DNA of 64,000 nucleotides. It comes from Iphione sp. A-MEVVRFRX5. Taxonomy: Eukaryota. The position numbers and the translations under genes were made by a program. The stretch is taken from the NCBI GenBank assembly GCA_976226885.1, contig OZ320316.1, positions 34,038,001 to 34,102,000 of the forward strand. The letters are read 5' to 3'. The notes under the pieces were generated by a model. The model did no database searches, had not been told where the DNA came from, and saw only the letters and a program-made list of their open reading frames with translations. Shown one piece after another: positions 24,235 to 34,874 of this stretch; within the stretch, counting starts at the first letter, position 1; each line of letters starts with the position of its first letter.

Positions 24235-25144
24235 TTTCATTTCATTTCATTGTATCTTTTACCAGGAACTAGATATTTCCTATCACATGACAGGGCTCTT
24301 CTATATCCTCCTGGGATAGCATAATACCATCTATTATTGAGAATTGAGAGATCAGAATACCTATATAGTGTTGTCCCGTACTCTTATTGTCCCCCGCCTC
24401 ATAGAGGGGGGAACATTAGGAATGCTACCAGCTGGTGTCCCGACCATCCGTCACACTCTTGTGGGTCTTATAAGTCTTAAACCCTTCACTCAAAAAAACT
24501 GATTTTAATATATGATATTGTATATATGGCCCCATGGCACTGGGTAATTTTGGTAGTAATTTAAATATTTTGAAGGTGAAATTATGCCAATTTTACTCTT
24601 TTCTTAACACATCTACAAACATACATACCTGGTTCAGGGGTTCCTAGGTCTGACAATGCACATACATACATACTCAGTGCTCAGTCATGCAGAACCGAGG
24701 GTTTATAGCAGTCTGGTGCTCAGTGAGGCAGAACTGAGGGGGCTGTGCCCGGTCCGGCAGAACCGAAAGTTGTAAACCTGAAGGACTTAAACAAGTCTAG
24801 CCAACTACCCCCAAAACAAGCTGTCAATCAAGGTGGTTGTAAGGAGAGAAAGACACTACACACATACACACACAACACACACACACTCATTTTCTCTCTC
24901 TCTCTCAACTTCTCCCCCCCCCCATCTTTATGGGCAGTTGATGGTGGGGGACAATAGACCTCACAGGTCCACACTCTTGTTTCGAATAGGTTTTTAGGGT
25001 CTTTTTGTGCATAGGAGATAGAATCCTATACACCCCATGGCCTTTTACAAGTTGTGGACCACTCTAGGTTGGGGCTACAGTAAATCTGTCTGGTCTTGAT
25101 CAAGAGTCCCAGGCCCAGGATTCAACCTGCAACCTCTCAGTCAG
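24235..25144 (-). mobile_element. tRNA-derived SINE copy, 5'-truncated, split by an insertion at 24385-24981
   Basis: Both halves align to the intact copy at 34535-34874 (AGGAACTAGATATT..CCTATCA; GTTGTGGACCACTCT; AATCTGTCTGGTCTTGATCAAGAGTCC). Confidence 0.8.
24385..24981 (+). mobile_element. Non-autonomous Helentron/DINE-1-like (HINE) element
   Basis: Subterminal inverted repeats TATTGTCCCCC (24385-24395) / GGGGGACAATA (24946-24956), 3' hairpin GACCT-CAC-AGGTC (24957-24969), T-rich insertion site, no TSD. Confidence 0.7.
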
Positions 25145-25750
25145 TTAATATTATGTACAAGGTGAAAGTTGCAGGTACATCCTATTCCATTGCATTGCAC
25201 AGTGGGCTGACTTTGTAACACTTGACACAGAGAATGAGTGTCAAACTGTTGATAATGTACATTGTTATAGCCAGTGCTATTGAAAACACTACTCCAGTGT
25301 AAATGTGAAGTTTATTCTTGCATGATCAACAACAACAACAACCCGCCAAACCGCACAATTATACACCCTCCCTCGATCCACAACCTCTGTGCCCCTGCTG
25401 AACCTGCACCCCCCCCCCTCCTCTATTTTTCCCAATCTAATCCCTCCACTATGCTGTCTTCCCATCTGTCATCCTGCAATTCATAAATCAAATATATATA
25501 TGGTCAGTTCCACCAATTTTTCCCCCAATTATTAAAGATACAGAATTTTGCTAGATGAAAGAAAAACATGACAAAATATGCATTTTTCTTTCATTTTCCA
25601 GCCAGCATTCTTTGCAACAGCATAAAACAAATATCAGTTGAATGATCTGGGTTGGGGCATGCCTGAAATACTGAAAAAAAGTATTTAAAATGATGATAAT
25701 GGCCCTGTTTTATCAAACTTAAGTAAAAGTAGGCAGAGGGGAGGGGTAAG

Positions 25751-26028
25751 ATCAAAGGTGCATACCCCTTGCCTATAATTGAAGATATGCTGGATGTTCA
25801 AGTGGAGGCTATATTCTTCTCCATAATCATTTTGGCGTCAGGATGTTGGCAAGTCTTCGTGAAACCAGAAGACCAGGGAAAGATTGTGGTATGTACGCCT
25901 GGAAGACTCTTTTAGTTTTGAGCTATGCCCTTTGAGCTTTATAATGCTCTATCGACATTCAAAACATTGGTGGAGGTGGTACTGTGTGGTTTGGTAGGGG
26001 ACATCTGCCTGGTCTACTTGGACTTGTA
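25751..26028 (+). pseudogene. Decayed Ty3/gypsy reverse transcriptase fragment
   Basis: One frame reads IKGAYPLPIIEDMLD...FFSIIILASGCWQV..KPEDQGKIVVCTPGRLF*F*AMPFELYNALSTFKTLVEVVLCGLVGDICLVYLDL*. This matches the gypsy RT pattern DAYPLP..DLASGYWQ..MPFGL.NAPATFQ..YLDD, with stops. Confidence 0.85.
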
Positions 26029-26945
26029 ATGTCATGAGGGCCATGGTAGAGCAGATGTGCAACTGGCTAGTGGGGTTTCCACTGGCTACATGAAGCAGGC
26101 TTGAAGACCAAACGGGAGAAATATGGCAGCTGTAGACTGAGGCACAAGACAGGTGGGGGGTGGGGCAGTCTCCCTGCACGACATTGCTACAGTCTCAGAG
26201 CCATTCACGGAGGCAGAAGAAGGGGGGGGGGGGGCAGGGCGCCCCTCTACATCAGTGCTATCACCCAGGGGACAACAGCAGGGGCCTAAGATGGAGGGGC
26301 TGCCAGGTCGGCACCCTTCATATAAAACTGGCCGGCTATGGCAGAGTTGACCCTGGACCTCTATACTGAGGAGACAGCGAGCCGGCGGTAGGTACCTGGT
26401 GATGCTGCAGCGGACTGTGGGTAGTGAAGTAGGGAACTCTTAACAATGGGATTAGCGATGATTGATTCGCCTGCAGTCGGTTGTACCACTTTGATCACTA
26501 TTGGTTAATTTGGACTGTAAAAAAAATTAGGTCCTGTATCAAGAGTAGGTACAGAAGATTTAGTCACCTTTTTAGGGTACCCTAGGGGCTTAACTGCAAT
26601 TTGGAAACGGCAGGAAGGGGCACTGCCGCTACCCAGGTCGGATTGATGAGAAAGATTGAAAAGCACTATACATGTACAGCATGTAGAGGTTCTTTTTAGG
26701 AGTTTTCTTTGTGTTTCTGTTCCCATTTTGACATAAATGAGACTACCTGTGTTGGTTGTTAAGTGGATGATAGGTAGGGACATAACAAGAAGCTGCATCA
26801 TTTACATTATTCATCAGTCATATTCACTCATAAGTACATCGCACACTAGGTATCAATTCATTTATCACTCACCTGTAAAACGAAACTGAAAAATCGGTGG
26901 TATACAATACTGACTGTGACATCACTAGTGACGTAATTAAGACTG

Positions 26946-27160
26946 CTATTGCTTCCTCGTGATTTTCCCAACAAAAATATAAACAGTAAACATAATACAC
27001 AAAAGGCAAGCCTATCAATGGAGGAACATTTATTAGACAATCACATAAATCTCTCAGGAATGTACAGGGTCTCTTGAGACAGCAGTTGCTTCCTTTTAAC
27101 AATCAACATGTTGGGGTCTCTTGAGACCGAGAAGATATGTATAAGCGTACCATTTTAGGC
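26946..27160 (-). repeat. Repeat B2 (partner B1 27457-27672)
   Basis: 215/216 bp, identical except one A in a homopolymer. Contains AATAAA on the - strand. Confidence 0.95.
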
Positions 27161-27698
27161 AAAATACAGTGTATTACAACAAACCAAAAACCATGCACAG
27201 CAACATTGAGGATGCAACATACATGATAATACAGTTACAGACTTGTAAATAATTCATCGTACAGGACCGACTAGGTGGATATTACATCATTGAAATGAGT
27301 TCAGTCCAGAGGCGGGTGGGCGTGGTAAAACGGACTGGACCTGGGCACACACTGACGGTTATTCTTAGAATTGTCTATATATAGCCCAGTTGGCCCTGAA
27401 ACATTAGAGGGCACCACCATTCGAGCAATACCTGGCGATCTCTATGGATAGCTGTACTATTGCTTCCTCGTGATTTTCCCAACAAAAAATATAAACAGTA
27501 AACATAATACACAAAAGGCAAGCCTATCAATGGAGGAACATTTATTAGACAATCACATAAATCTCTCAGGAATGTACAGGGTCTCTTGAGACAGCAGTTG
27601 CTTCCTTTTAACAATCAACATGTTGGGGTCTCTTGAGACCGAGAAGATATGTATAAGCGTACCATTTTAGGCCATGCCAGTAAGGTGTTACGCAGATA

Positions 27699-28619
27699 TT
27701 ACTTATCTGATGACAAGAAACGTGTAACTTTTTGAGCTGCCTGCTGGCTAGCCATCTTTAGGCTGGAGTATACCAGGGCACTGGGTAGGCTCTTCCAGGT
27801 TCCCTGTGCTAACAATTGCATTTCTGAAGCCTCTGCCTGTTGTAACTGCTGGGCCCCCCCTCGACGAAAGCTATGTAGAGAAAATTCTAATGCTGGGTAT
27901 GACAAATTGGAGAGAATTGATCTTAACACCCTAGTCAACTTGGCAGCAGGGAATGGGCATTTGTTGATGGGATCAATAAATAGGGGTTGGCATGGGTCTT
28001 CGGTAGGAAGGAGACATAACATCCTTTGTAGGGTGAAAACTGGACATATCGGGGGGGAAGCTCTAGGCAGGGTGATTACTCTAGGTGAGCCCTTTTTAAT
28101 GGTCTTTGACCATTTAATGGTGAGCTGGAGACCCTCTTCAGACAAACTCACATTGCCCCTAGTCACCTGCTTAGTGTGATCAAAAGCATACAGGGTGTCT
28201 GCGCAGATATTACTTTGCCTTATGAGAGAGAAGTATAAAAATGAAAATATTGCCTGTAGGCAAATGCCTAGCGGACCTAGTTTCTCTGCGAACACCACTA
28301 ATTCGGTCAGGATAGGTAATGTGATGGGGGATTTTGGTGAAGGGGTGTGTGTGGTCACTTTATGGAGGGCCTTTAGTGCATTTCTGACCTGGGGGGAGTT
28401 GACAGCTGATGTGTCCATGTTCGAGTGGACGAGAACGAACCTCACGGACGATACGTATTGACTAACCACCGCTGGAGATAGTTGAAGGTCTGTGAGGTAT
28501 TCTATGTAAATTTGCAGATGTATGGGTAGTAAAGCATCAAAAGGGAGTCGATAATAATGAAAGAAGGCGATGGCCAGAGCTGCTTGGTTAATCCTATGCT
28601 TGTGGGTCCTTGGAGTCAC
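27699..28619 (-). CDS. Tyrosine recombinase (YR integrase), ~306 aa, no ATG at the 5' end
   Basis: Catalytic residues R (LIRQSN), K (IKWSKT), HxxR (HSFRRGGA), GTWKS and Y (ALVY). N-terminal core-binding region LTDLQLSPAVVSQYVSSVR. Confidence 0.92.
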   Translation of the reverse strand: MTPRTHKHRINQAALAIAFFHYYRLPFDALLPIHLQIYIEYLTDLQLSPAVVSQYVSSVRFVLVHSNMDTSAVNSPQVRNALKALHKVTTHTPSPKSPITLPILTELVVFAEKLGPLGICLQAIFSFLYFSLIRQSNICADTLYAFDHTKQVTRGNVSLSEEGLQLTIKWSKTIKKGSPRVITLPRASPPICPVFTLQRMLCLLPTEDPCQPLFIDPINKCPFPAAKLTRVLRSILSNLSYPALEFSLHSFRRGGAQQLQQAEASEMQLLAQGTWKSLPSALVYSSLKMASQQAAQKVTRFLSSDK

Positions 28620-28681
28620 GTCTTGGAATTGTCGTGCGACTGCCCTCTTATGCCATGCTGATAGGTTAGAATCTGTGTGGG

Positions 28682-31507
28682 TTAGAATGAGTTAATATGT
28701 GTTATGAGGGAGTCTGGAATCACTTTCCTGTGTAAGGAGGGCTGAGAGCGGATAAACCTATCTGCAATGGCCCTGAATTTGGGAGCTATAGATACTCTAG
28801 ACAACGCATCAGCTTGTATCATTTGGTTACCAGGGAGATGTGAAAAGAGCAAAGAAACATTAAACCTTGCAGCCCTATACCAAACTGCACGTAAAATCTT
28901 TGCCAGAAATGTGTCCCTGACTCGACCTGTGGACAGAACATACACTGTAGCTATATTATCGCAGTGCAATTCAATACGGGTGTCCCTGTTGTGTTCATCG
29001 ATAAACAAATATACTGCTACAGCTGCGTTAAAAGCTTCTAACTGACTTATTGGCAGTGAAGATATATTTTTGGGAACTGGTTGGCTATAATAATAATGGC
29101 TCGAGTAGGCGCCCATTCCTGAAGGGCAGGCATCACAATAAATGTGTTCGTAAATTTTAATAGGAGGTATAAGGCGGATACCATTCAAGTGTGGTAGGTA
29201 TACTGAATACCATCTAAGATCTTTTCTAACCTGATCTGTTATACAGATCTCCTTAGTATTCTTCATGTGGGCAACTCTCATTTCGTTGAGCAGTGAATTA
29301 ATAAAATACCTCGCAGGAGGGGAGCATTTTACAATGTGGTTGATCAGACCGATCAGAGACTGGGCCTTCCTTAACGGGATGCTGTCTTCTTCTATTACCT
29401 TCTGGAGGCTGCATAATAGTTCATTGATCTTTACTTTAGGGATGGACATGGTCCTAGATAAGGTATCAAATTCAACACCTAGCCAGATGAGAGACGTTGT
29501 AGGGGCATATGATTTTTCATGCGCTATATGTAGGCCCAGTGAAGAGATTAGTAATTTTAGCGACGTGAAGGCTTGGTTAAGAATTAGTTTGGAATCGGAA
29601 CAGAGGATATAATCATCCAGATAAGGCCATGCTGCAATCGAGGGGAACCGGGATGTTATGTTACCTAAAATGAATTGAGAGAGCTCCTGTAGGAGTAATG
29701 AAGAATAACGTGTACCGAAGGGGAGAGATGTATCCATGTAGAATTTGTCTTCGAATTGAAAAGTCAGGAGAGGCCATGCCAAGGGATCTACGTTAAAATA
29801 GCGGTAAGCTCGCTTGAGATCAAGACTGGCTAAAAAGATCTGAGAAGTACTACGTGCAATGTAATCAGCTACTACATGTGGTGTCGGCAGATGAACCTTT
29901 ATTGGGATGCCGTAGTAATTATTCTTTGGAATATAATCATTGACTTGTGAATGGGAAAGATCGAAAATAACTCTCCTGTCATTGGAGTTCTTTTTGGGCC
30001 TTGTCATAATTGGGTTGTGTATAGGGTCTGTTGGAAAAGGGGGTTCCTGATATGGCCCATTTATTGCGCCATGAGCTAATTCTGTACAGACATATTTTTC
30101 TATATGTGGGTCATCAGTTAGGGAAGTAGGATATGGGGGGATTGTTGGAGGTATGTTGTTACCTACAAAACCCAGGGGAAAACCATATTCTAAAAAATCA
30201 AGAAAAATCGTTTGTTTTGGGCCTGTAGGAGCTAGTAGGTTATACCAGGCACACATATTGATCTGAGTGGGGAGGTGAATGCGACACTCCAATGAGTTTG
30301 GTAGTCCTGACGACCTGACAGCTGTATAAATTGATGACAGGTGCCTAGGTAATGAGGGCCCGGGGTCTGGCCAAGAGAAAACATGTGGGTATATCATCTC
30401 ATAGTGCGACCGGGATTTGATCTGAAAGGTAGGAGAATCAATGTCATTAATGTGTTGAAACAGGGTGAATTCATGATCGGGAAGGTCGTAATGGTCGTGC
30501 GATTCTTGTAGTCCATCATCTACCAGTCTTGGCTGTCGTTCCTGGGTTGACGCTGATCCTTTGATGTCGGTTGCCAGGTCCTCTGCGGCTGTCTCTCGGA
30601 TGGTAGCTGTTGGATTGTCTGGTGGGTGACCTGCATTGGTCTGGTCTGGTGACCTGCATTGGTCCAATTTGTGCTCGAGGGACTTGTTATGTAAGATCAG
30701 ACAAAACGGGCATACATGAGATACAGTAACATCAGATAGTTGATGTGAAGCAGGCTCAGTACATTTACCAGTGGCCCATTTTGAACACGGTATCACTGTG
30801 TCTTTTGAACTTAACTGATTGTCTTTGGCTAAACGAGCATGTGAGTTGATAGCCCTGTGTTTCAGAGAGTCAATTCTACGAAAATCATCCCAGGAAAGTC
30901 TGTCGTTGGAGGTAAGGTGCCAGACCTCCACTACCCAGTCCTTGACTGGTGGCCAAGTACTTGCATGGACCTCCTCAGCACAGTCTCTCAAATGTTGTAT
31001 TAGAGTAAACAGGTCAGCGGGGTATACAATTGATTTGTCAAGAATCATAGAACACATTGCTGATACATATTGAGGAAAGCTGAATTTCCTAATGTCAATT
31101 TTTTCTGATTGGCCTGATACTACATACGCACTGGGGTGGTGTCTGGCAATCCTCTCACCTATGTTTTCTAATGCTTTGGGGTACATCTGGGAGAATATCT
31201 GCTGTATCTGGTTCACGGCGTCAGCCTTTAACACTGCTGGTGGTGGTGTTGGGTCGGTGGCATCCTCGTTTGAGCCTGTAGTGTCAGCTGAGGCCCCTGT
31301 ATCTTGTTGAGTGGTGTCGGTACCGGTGCTCGTTGACGGTCGTGGTTCCGCGGCCATTTTCGCTGCTGCTGCTCGCGTGGTGACCGATAGTGTACCTGCT
31401 GATTTCTTGCCTTTTTTAGGCTTGTCCTGCGCTCCTGAAGCCAAGGTGGACATATTGTCCACTTTTGCCTCCAGAGTCTTGATCTTCTGTAGAATTGCAC
31501 ATAGCAA
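28682..31507 (-). CDS. Fused Gag + RT + RNase H ORF (941 aa)
   Basis: Gag Cys/His finger CSKWATGKC..H....HVCPFC..H...C. RT motifs RVIFDLS, LDLKRAYR, LPFGTRYS, YLDD. RNase H motifs YCDAC, LEAFN, HCDN, ADALSR. The 5' codon is TTG; the first in-frame ATG is at 31453. Confidence 0.92.
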   Translation of the reverse strand: MLCAILQKIKTLEAKVDNMSTLASGAQDKPKKGKKSAGTLSVTTRAAAAKMAAEPRPSTSTGTDTTQQDTGASADTTGSNEDATDPTPPPAVLKADAVNQIQQIFSQMYPKALENIGERIARHHPSAYVVSGQSEKIDIRKFSFPQYVSAMCSMILDKSIVYPADLFTLIQHLRDCAEEVHASTWPPVKDWVVEVWHLTSNDRLSWDDFRRIDSLKHRAINSHARLAKDNQLSSKDTVIPCSKWATGKCTEPASHQLSDVTVSHVCPFCLILHNKSLEHKLDQCRSPDQTNAGHPPDNPTATIRETAAEDLATDIKGSASTQERQPRLVDDGLQESHDHYDLPDHEFTLFQHINDIDSPTFQIKSRSHYEMIYPHVFSWPDPGPSLPRHLSSIYTAVRSSGLPNSLECRIHLPTQINMCAWYNLLAPTGPKQTIFLDFLEYGFPLGFVGNNIPPTIPPYPTSLTDDPHIEKYVCTELAHGAINGPYQEPPFPTDPIHNPIMTRPKKNSNDRRVIFDLSHSQVNDYIPKNNYYGIPIKVHLPTPHVVADYIARSTSQIFLASLDLKRAYRYFNVDPLAWPLLTFQFEDKFYMDTSLPFGTRYSSLLLQELSQFILGNITSRFPSIAAWPYLDDYILCSDSKLILNQAFTSLKLLISSLGLHIAHEKSYAPTTSLIWLGVEFDTLSRTMSIPKVKINELLCSLQKVIEEDSIPLRKAQSLIGLINHIVKCSPPARYFINSLLNEMRVAHMKNTKEICITDQVRKDLRWYSVYLPHLNGIRLIPPIKIYEHIYCDACPSGMGAYSSHYYYSQPVPKNISSLPISQLEAFNAAVAVYLFIDEHNRDTRIELHCDNIATVYVLSTGRVRDTFLAKILRAVWYRAARFNVSLLFSHLPGNQMIQADALSRVSIAPKFRAIADRFIRSQPSLHRKVIPDSLITHINSF

Positions 31508-31553
31508 CTCGTTTCAGGCATGGTGGCAGGTACGCTCGAACTGACCAGAAACA

Positions 31554-31678
31554 GACTGGACCTGGGCACACACTGACGGTTATTCTTAGAATTGTCTATA
31601 TATAGCCCAGTTGGCCCTGAAACGTTAGAGGGCACCACCACTCGAGCAATACCTGGCAATCTCTATGGATAGCTGTAC
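31554..31678 (-). promoter_or_regulatory. Repeat A1 containing the element's putative Pol II promoter (partner A2 27333-27457)
   Basis: 125 bp with 3 transitions versus A2. On the - strand, TATATATAG is followed ~28 nt later by Inr-like TCAGT. Confidence 0.8.
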
Positions 31679-33494
31679 AACGTACTGGATGATATACATT
31701 TTGTACTTCAATTAATCCAGTGGGAAAAATAAGGTAAAAGAAAATGCCGAGTATACTGCTGGAGTGGAGAAATTTAGGTGGGCATTTCACAGACTGTGCA
31801 AATAGAGCTGATTAAGGACTTCAGGATGCCAGAGGGCTTAATCGTGGTGTCACCTAGTATGTCCTCATTCTGTGCTATTATTGTTTTACTTGACAGTGCA
31901 AGAAAACCAAGTCTGGTGCTGCCTGTCGATCGAAGAGTTCTTGATTTCTTGAGAACAAGATTCTAACAGAATAGGAGCAGTGTAGATGGTGGAGAGGGTT
32001 AAGACGATTGTGGTCTGTTGTACATGACTGTCTGTTGTGTCCTGGCTTTTGTTTTTGGGGAGGACTGGCCACAGAGTGTCCATCGTCCGGGTCATCTGCT
32101 GTAGCTGGTTATCTGCAGTGAGGAACACCACTGTATTTATAAGAAAGTAGCAATTGATAAAGGGGCTTTGCCATATGTATCTCCATTCTAATGTTATGGA
32201 GCATCTAGTTGGAATGATAACTTTTCAGCTGAATCACTTCAGGTATCGTATACATGGATGTGATCCATCATACAGCTGGCACAATAAATTACTTATGTCC
32301 TTGCCTAAAACAAATCCCATCTACCATATGCTACTGGTGTGTTGGAGTGCACTTGCTTAAAATTACTGGAAGTGTTACAGAATGGGACACTAGGTAATAC
32401 TGTATGGCACTACAAATATACCAATACACATATAGGACACCTCTTAATGGAATCAATATGTTCTTTAACAACAAACCTCAATGCAACATAATGCAACTGG
32501 ACACCTGCACAGATATGGAAACCAGGCCTTATGCTGTTAATATAACAAATAGATTGTATGTAAGGAATCAGAATAATGTGTATCTTACAAGAATTATCTA
32601 TTATTTTTCTTTTTTTATTTTGATTTCATACAGACACCAACATCAGCCCAAAGGATGGTTTTCAGGTGGGCCTGTGCCCAGAGAACATATCATATTATTG
32701 TTATATAATTCTTTGGTCATATTACACTGTTCTACACATTGTTATTGTTACACAGTGTGTTATTTAACATTGGAAATTCAAACATCTTTGTCCAGTGTCA
32801 TAATATAAAGAAATGTTTACAGTGTCATTAAACACTAGACATATCAATTGACATTAAATATTGACATAACAATATTGCCATAACATTTAAGAGCAGACAC
32901 TCTCTGCCTGCTCAATATTTACTCAGTCTGGTGGTCAGCCTTTAGTTTATGCCCCTGCTCTCTTCAGTGCTCTGTGCACACTACCTCACTGGGGGGTTCA
33001 TATATACTGACTGTGAGTGATGCTAGTCACACCATCCAAAGGACTATGTTTCCAGGGACATACCCTGGTAGTTCTGGTTGAGTACCCTTACCTTGTCATC
33101 AATCAGTACACCTACTGATCATTTACATTGATATCCCCTTGACAGGCTCCACCTATTGTGTACCTATTTTGCTTAATGTTAATATATGTAAATTAGTACA
33201 TGCTACAAAAAATATATGTAAATGTAATAGAAAGGAACATGTAAAAGACAACCTTAGTTGGGTTTTGTCTATCGTGTACATTTTATACCTGATACTAACA
33301 TATGTAAATATGTGTGCTACAAACTAAACAAAGTGTATATGAATATAATAAAAGGTACATACAGGAGAACCCGCCTAATGCGACCACCTAAGGGACTGAG
33401 CTGAAGTGGTCACATTAGGCAACTGGTCTCCTAAGGCATTGGTTGGCTCCCTCTGTCTCTCTATGTCCCTCTCTATGTGTCCTTCTCTATGGGA

Positions 33495-33705
33495 AATATT
33501 ATGGGGAAAAGAAGTCTAAATTAACTGAATATTATGGGGAAAAAGTCCAAATTAACTGAATATTATGGGGAAAATGTCCAAATTAACTGAATATTATGGG
33601 GAAATGTCCAAATTAACTGAATATTATGGGGAAAAAGTCCAAATTAACTGAATATTATAGGGAAAAGAAGTTTAAATTAACTTAATATTATGGGGAAAAG
33701 AAGTC
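33495..33705. repeat. ~30-bp minisatellite (AAATTAACTGAATATTATGGGGAAAAAGTCC, ~6 copies)
   Basis: Directly visible tandem units. Confidence 0.9.
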
Positions 33706-33789
33706 TACATGAATTGAATGTAAAATTAATACCCTGAAACAAGTGTGACAGGAGTCCCTCTAGGGTTGTTTTCATAGTATTTCTTGGGT

Positions 33790-33990
33790 ATTAGGGCCAG
33801 TGGTCGCCCTAAGCACCTTGAAATCATGACTTTGGTACTGGAAATAATGGTCTTAATGGCCAAATGGTCGCCCTATCCATTGGTCGCCATGGGCGAAGTA
33901 TCCCATATAGAGAATGTACTAAATTTCAGTTGGTTCTGGCCAAAAGTGGTCGCCATGGGCGACTGGTCGCCCCAGGCGGCTGGTCGCTAG
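33790..33990. repeat. Short repeat rich in TGGTCGCC motifs (MITE-like remnant)
   Basis: Six or more GGTCGC(C) motifs within ~200 bp. Ends not resolved. Confidence 0.45.
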
Positions 33991-34534
33991 GTGGGGTTCT
34001 CCTGTACATGCTTAGTAAAACACACACAATGTTACAAAAGCATCCCCCTTACAAGTAGACTTTGCTATAGAAATATAAAGACACAGATAAAAATAGTACC
34101 TATGTCATGATATGCAACACTTCATCTTTGATCCAAGGATTTAAGCTACATAACCTTGACCTCGACCTAAATGATAAAATACTGAGAGATAGAGATAGAG
34201 AGAGGAGGGACACAGAAGGAAAGACAGAGAGAGAAAGGAGAAAAAGGAAATAAAGTAATAGAGACAGACAAGGTAGAGAATGATAGTATGTGTGTATATA
34301 TGACAGGGATTGCGAGATGAAAGACAGAATAAAAGAGCTATTCACACAGATAGAACAACAGACACAATGAAAGACAGGAGAGACAGAGAGTAAGAGTGAG
34401 AGAGAGAGATTATTTTCAAGCTGAACCCCACCAAAATTGATTTCTGATGACAATTGCTATTACTACCATTTGAGTTCAGTCCTGAGTGACAGTTGCAAAT
34501 AGGGTTTTGATTGTACTCTCATTATAAAAGTAGA

Positions 34535-34874
34535 TTTCATTTCATGTATCTTTTATTAGGAACTAGATATTCACCTATCATATGATAGGGTTCTTATGTA
34601 TCCGTCTGGGGTATAATACCACTATCTATTATTGAGAATTGAGAGCCCGCAATACCCAGGATTGCCCCCTACTCTTATTTCAAATACATTTCTAAGGTCT
34701 TTTTTGGAGTAGAAAACAGAATCCTAGACACCCACAGCCTTTTAGGAGTTGTGGACCACTCTGGGTTAGGGCTACAATAAATCTGTCTGGTCTTGATCAA
34801 GAGTCCTAGGCCAGGGATTGAACCTGCGACCTCTCAGTCAGTGGACCAGTGCTATACCTCTGAGCTAACTCCCC
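34535..34874 (-). mobile_element. Intact tRNA-derived SINE (~340 bp)
   Basis: The - strand head GGGGAGTTAGCTCAGAGGTATAGCA...GGTTCAATCCC has Pol III A and B boxes, followed by a body shared with 24235-25144 and an (ATGAA)n tail. Confidence 0.85.

Larger units (their letters stand above)
26946..31678 (-). mobile_element. Full-length tyrosine-recombinase retrotransposon (Ngaro/PAT-type DIRS, split direct repeats), 4733 bp
   Basis: In element orientation: A1 (31678-31554), gag/RT/RNaseH, YR, B1 (27672-27457), A2 (27457-27333), unique 172 bp, B2 (27160-26946). No TSD. Confidence 0.93.

Noticed and set aside
26900-33030. Shared 13-mer ATACTGACTGTGA on both sides of the YR element, hinting at an older host element
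   Set aside because: Too short to define a repeat, and no coding remnant links the two sites.
33495-33705. CRISPR-like array
   Set aside because: Units are contiguous without unique spacers and the context is eukaryotic; it is an ordinary minisatellite.
34800-34874. tRNA gene
   Set aside because: No complete cloverleaf or acceptor stem; it continues into a body shared with another dispersed copy, so it is a SINE head.
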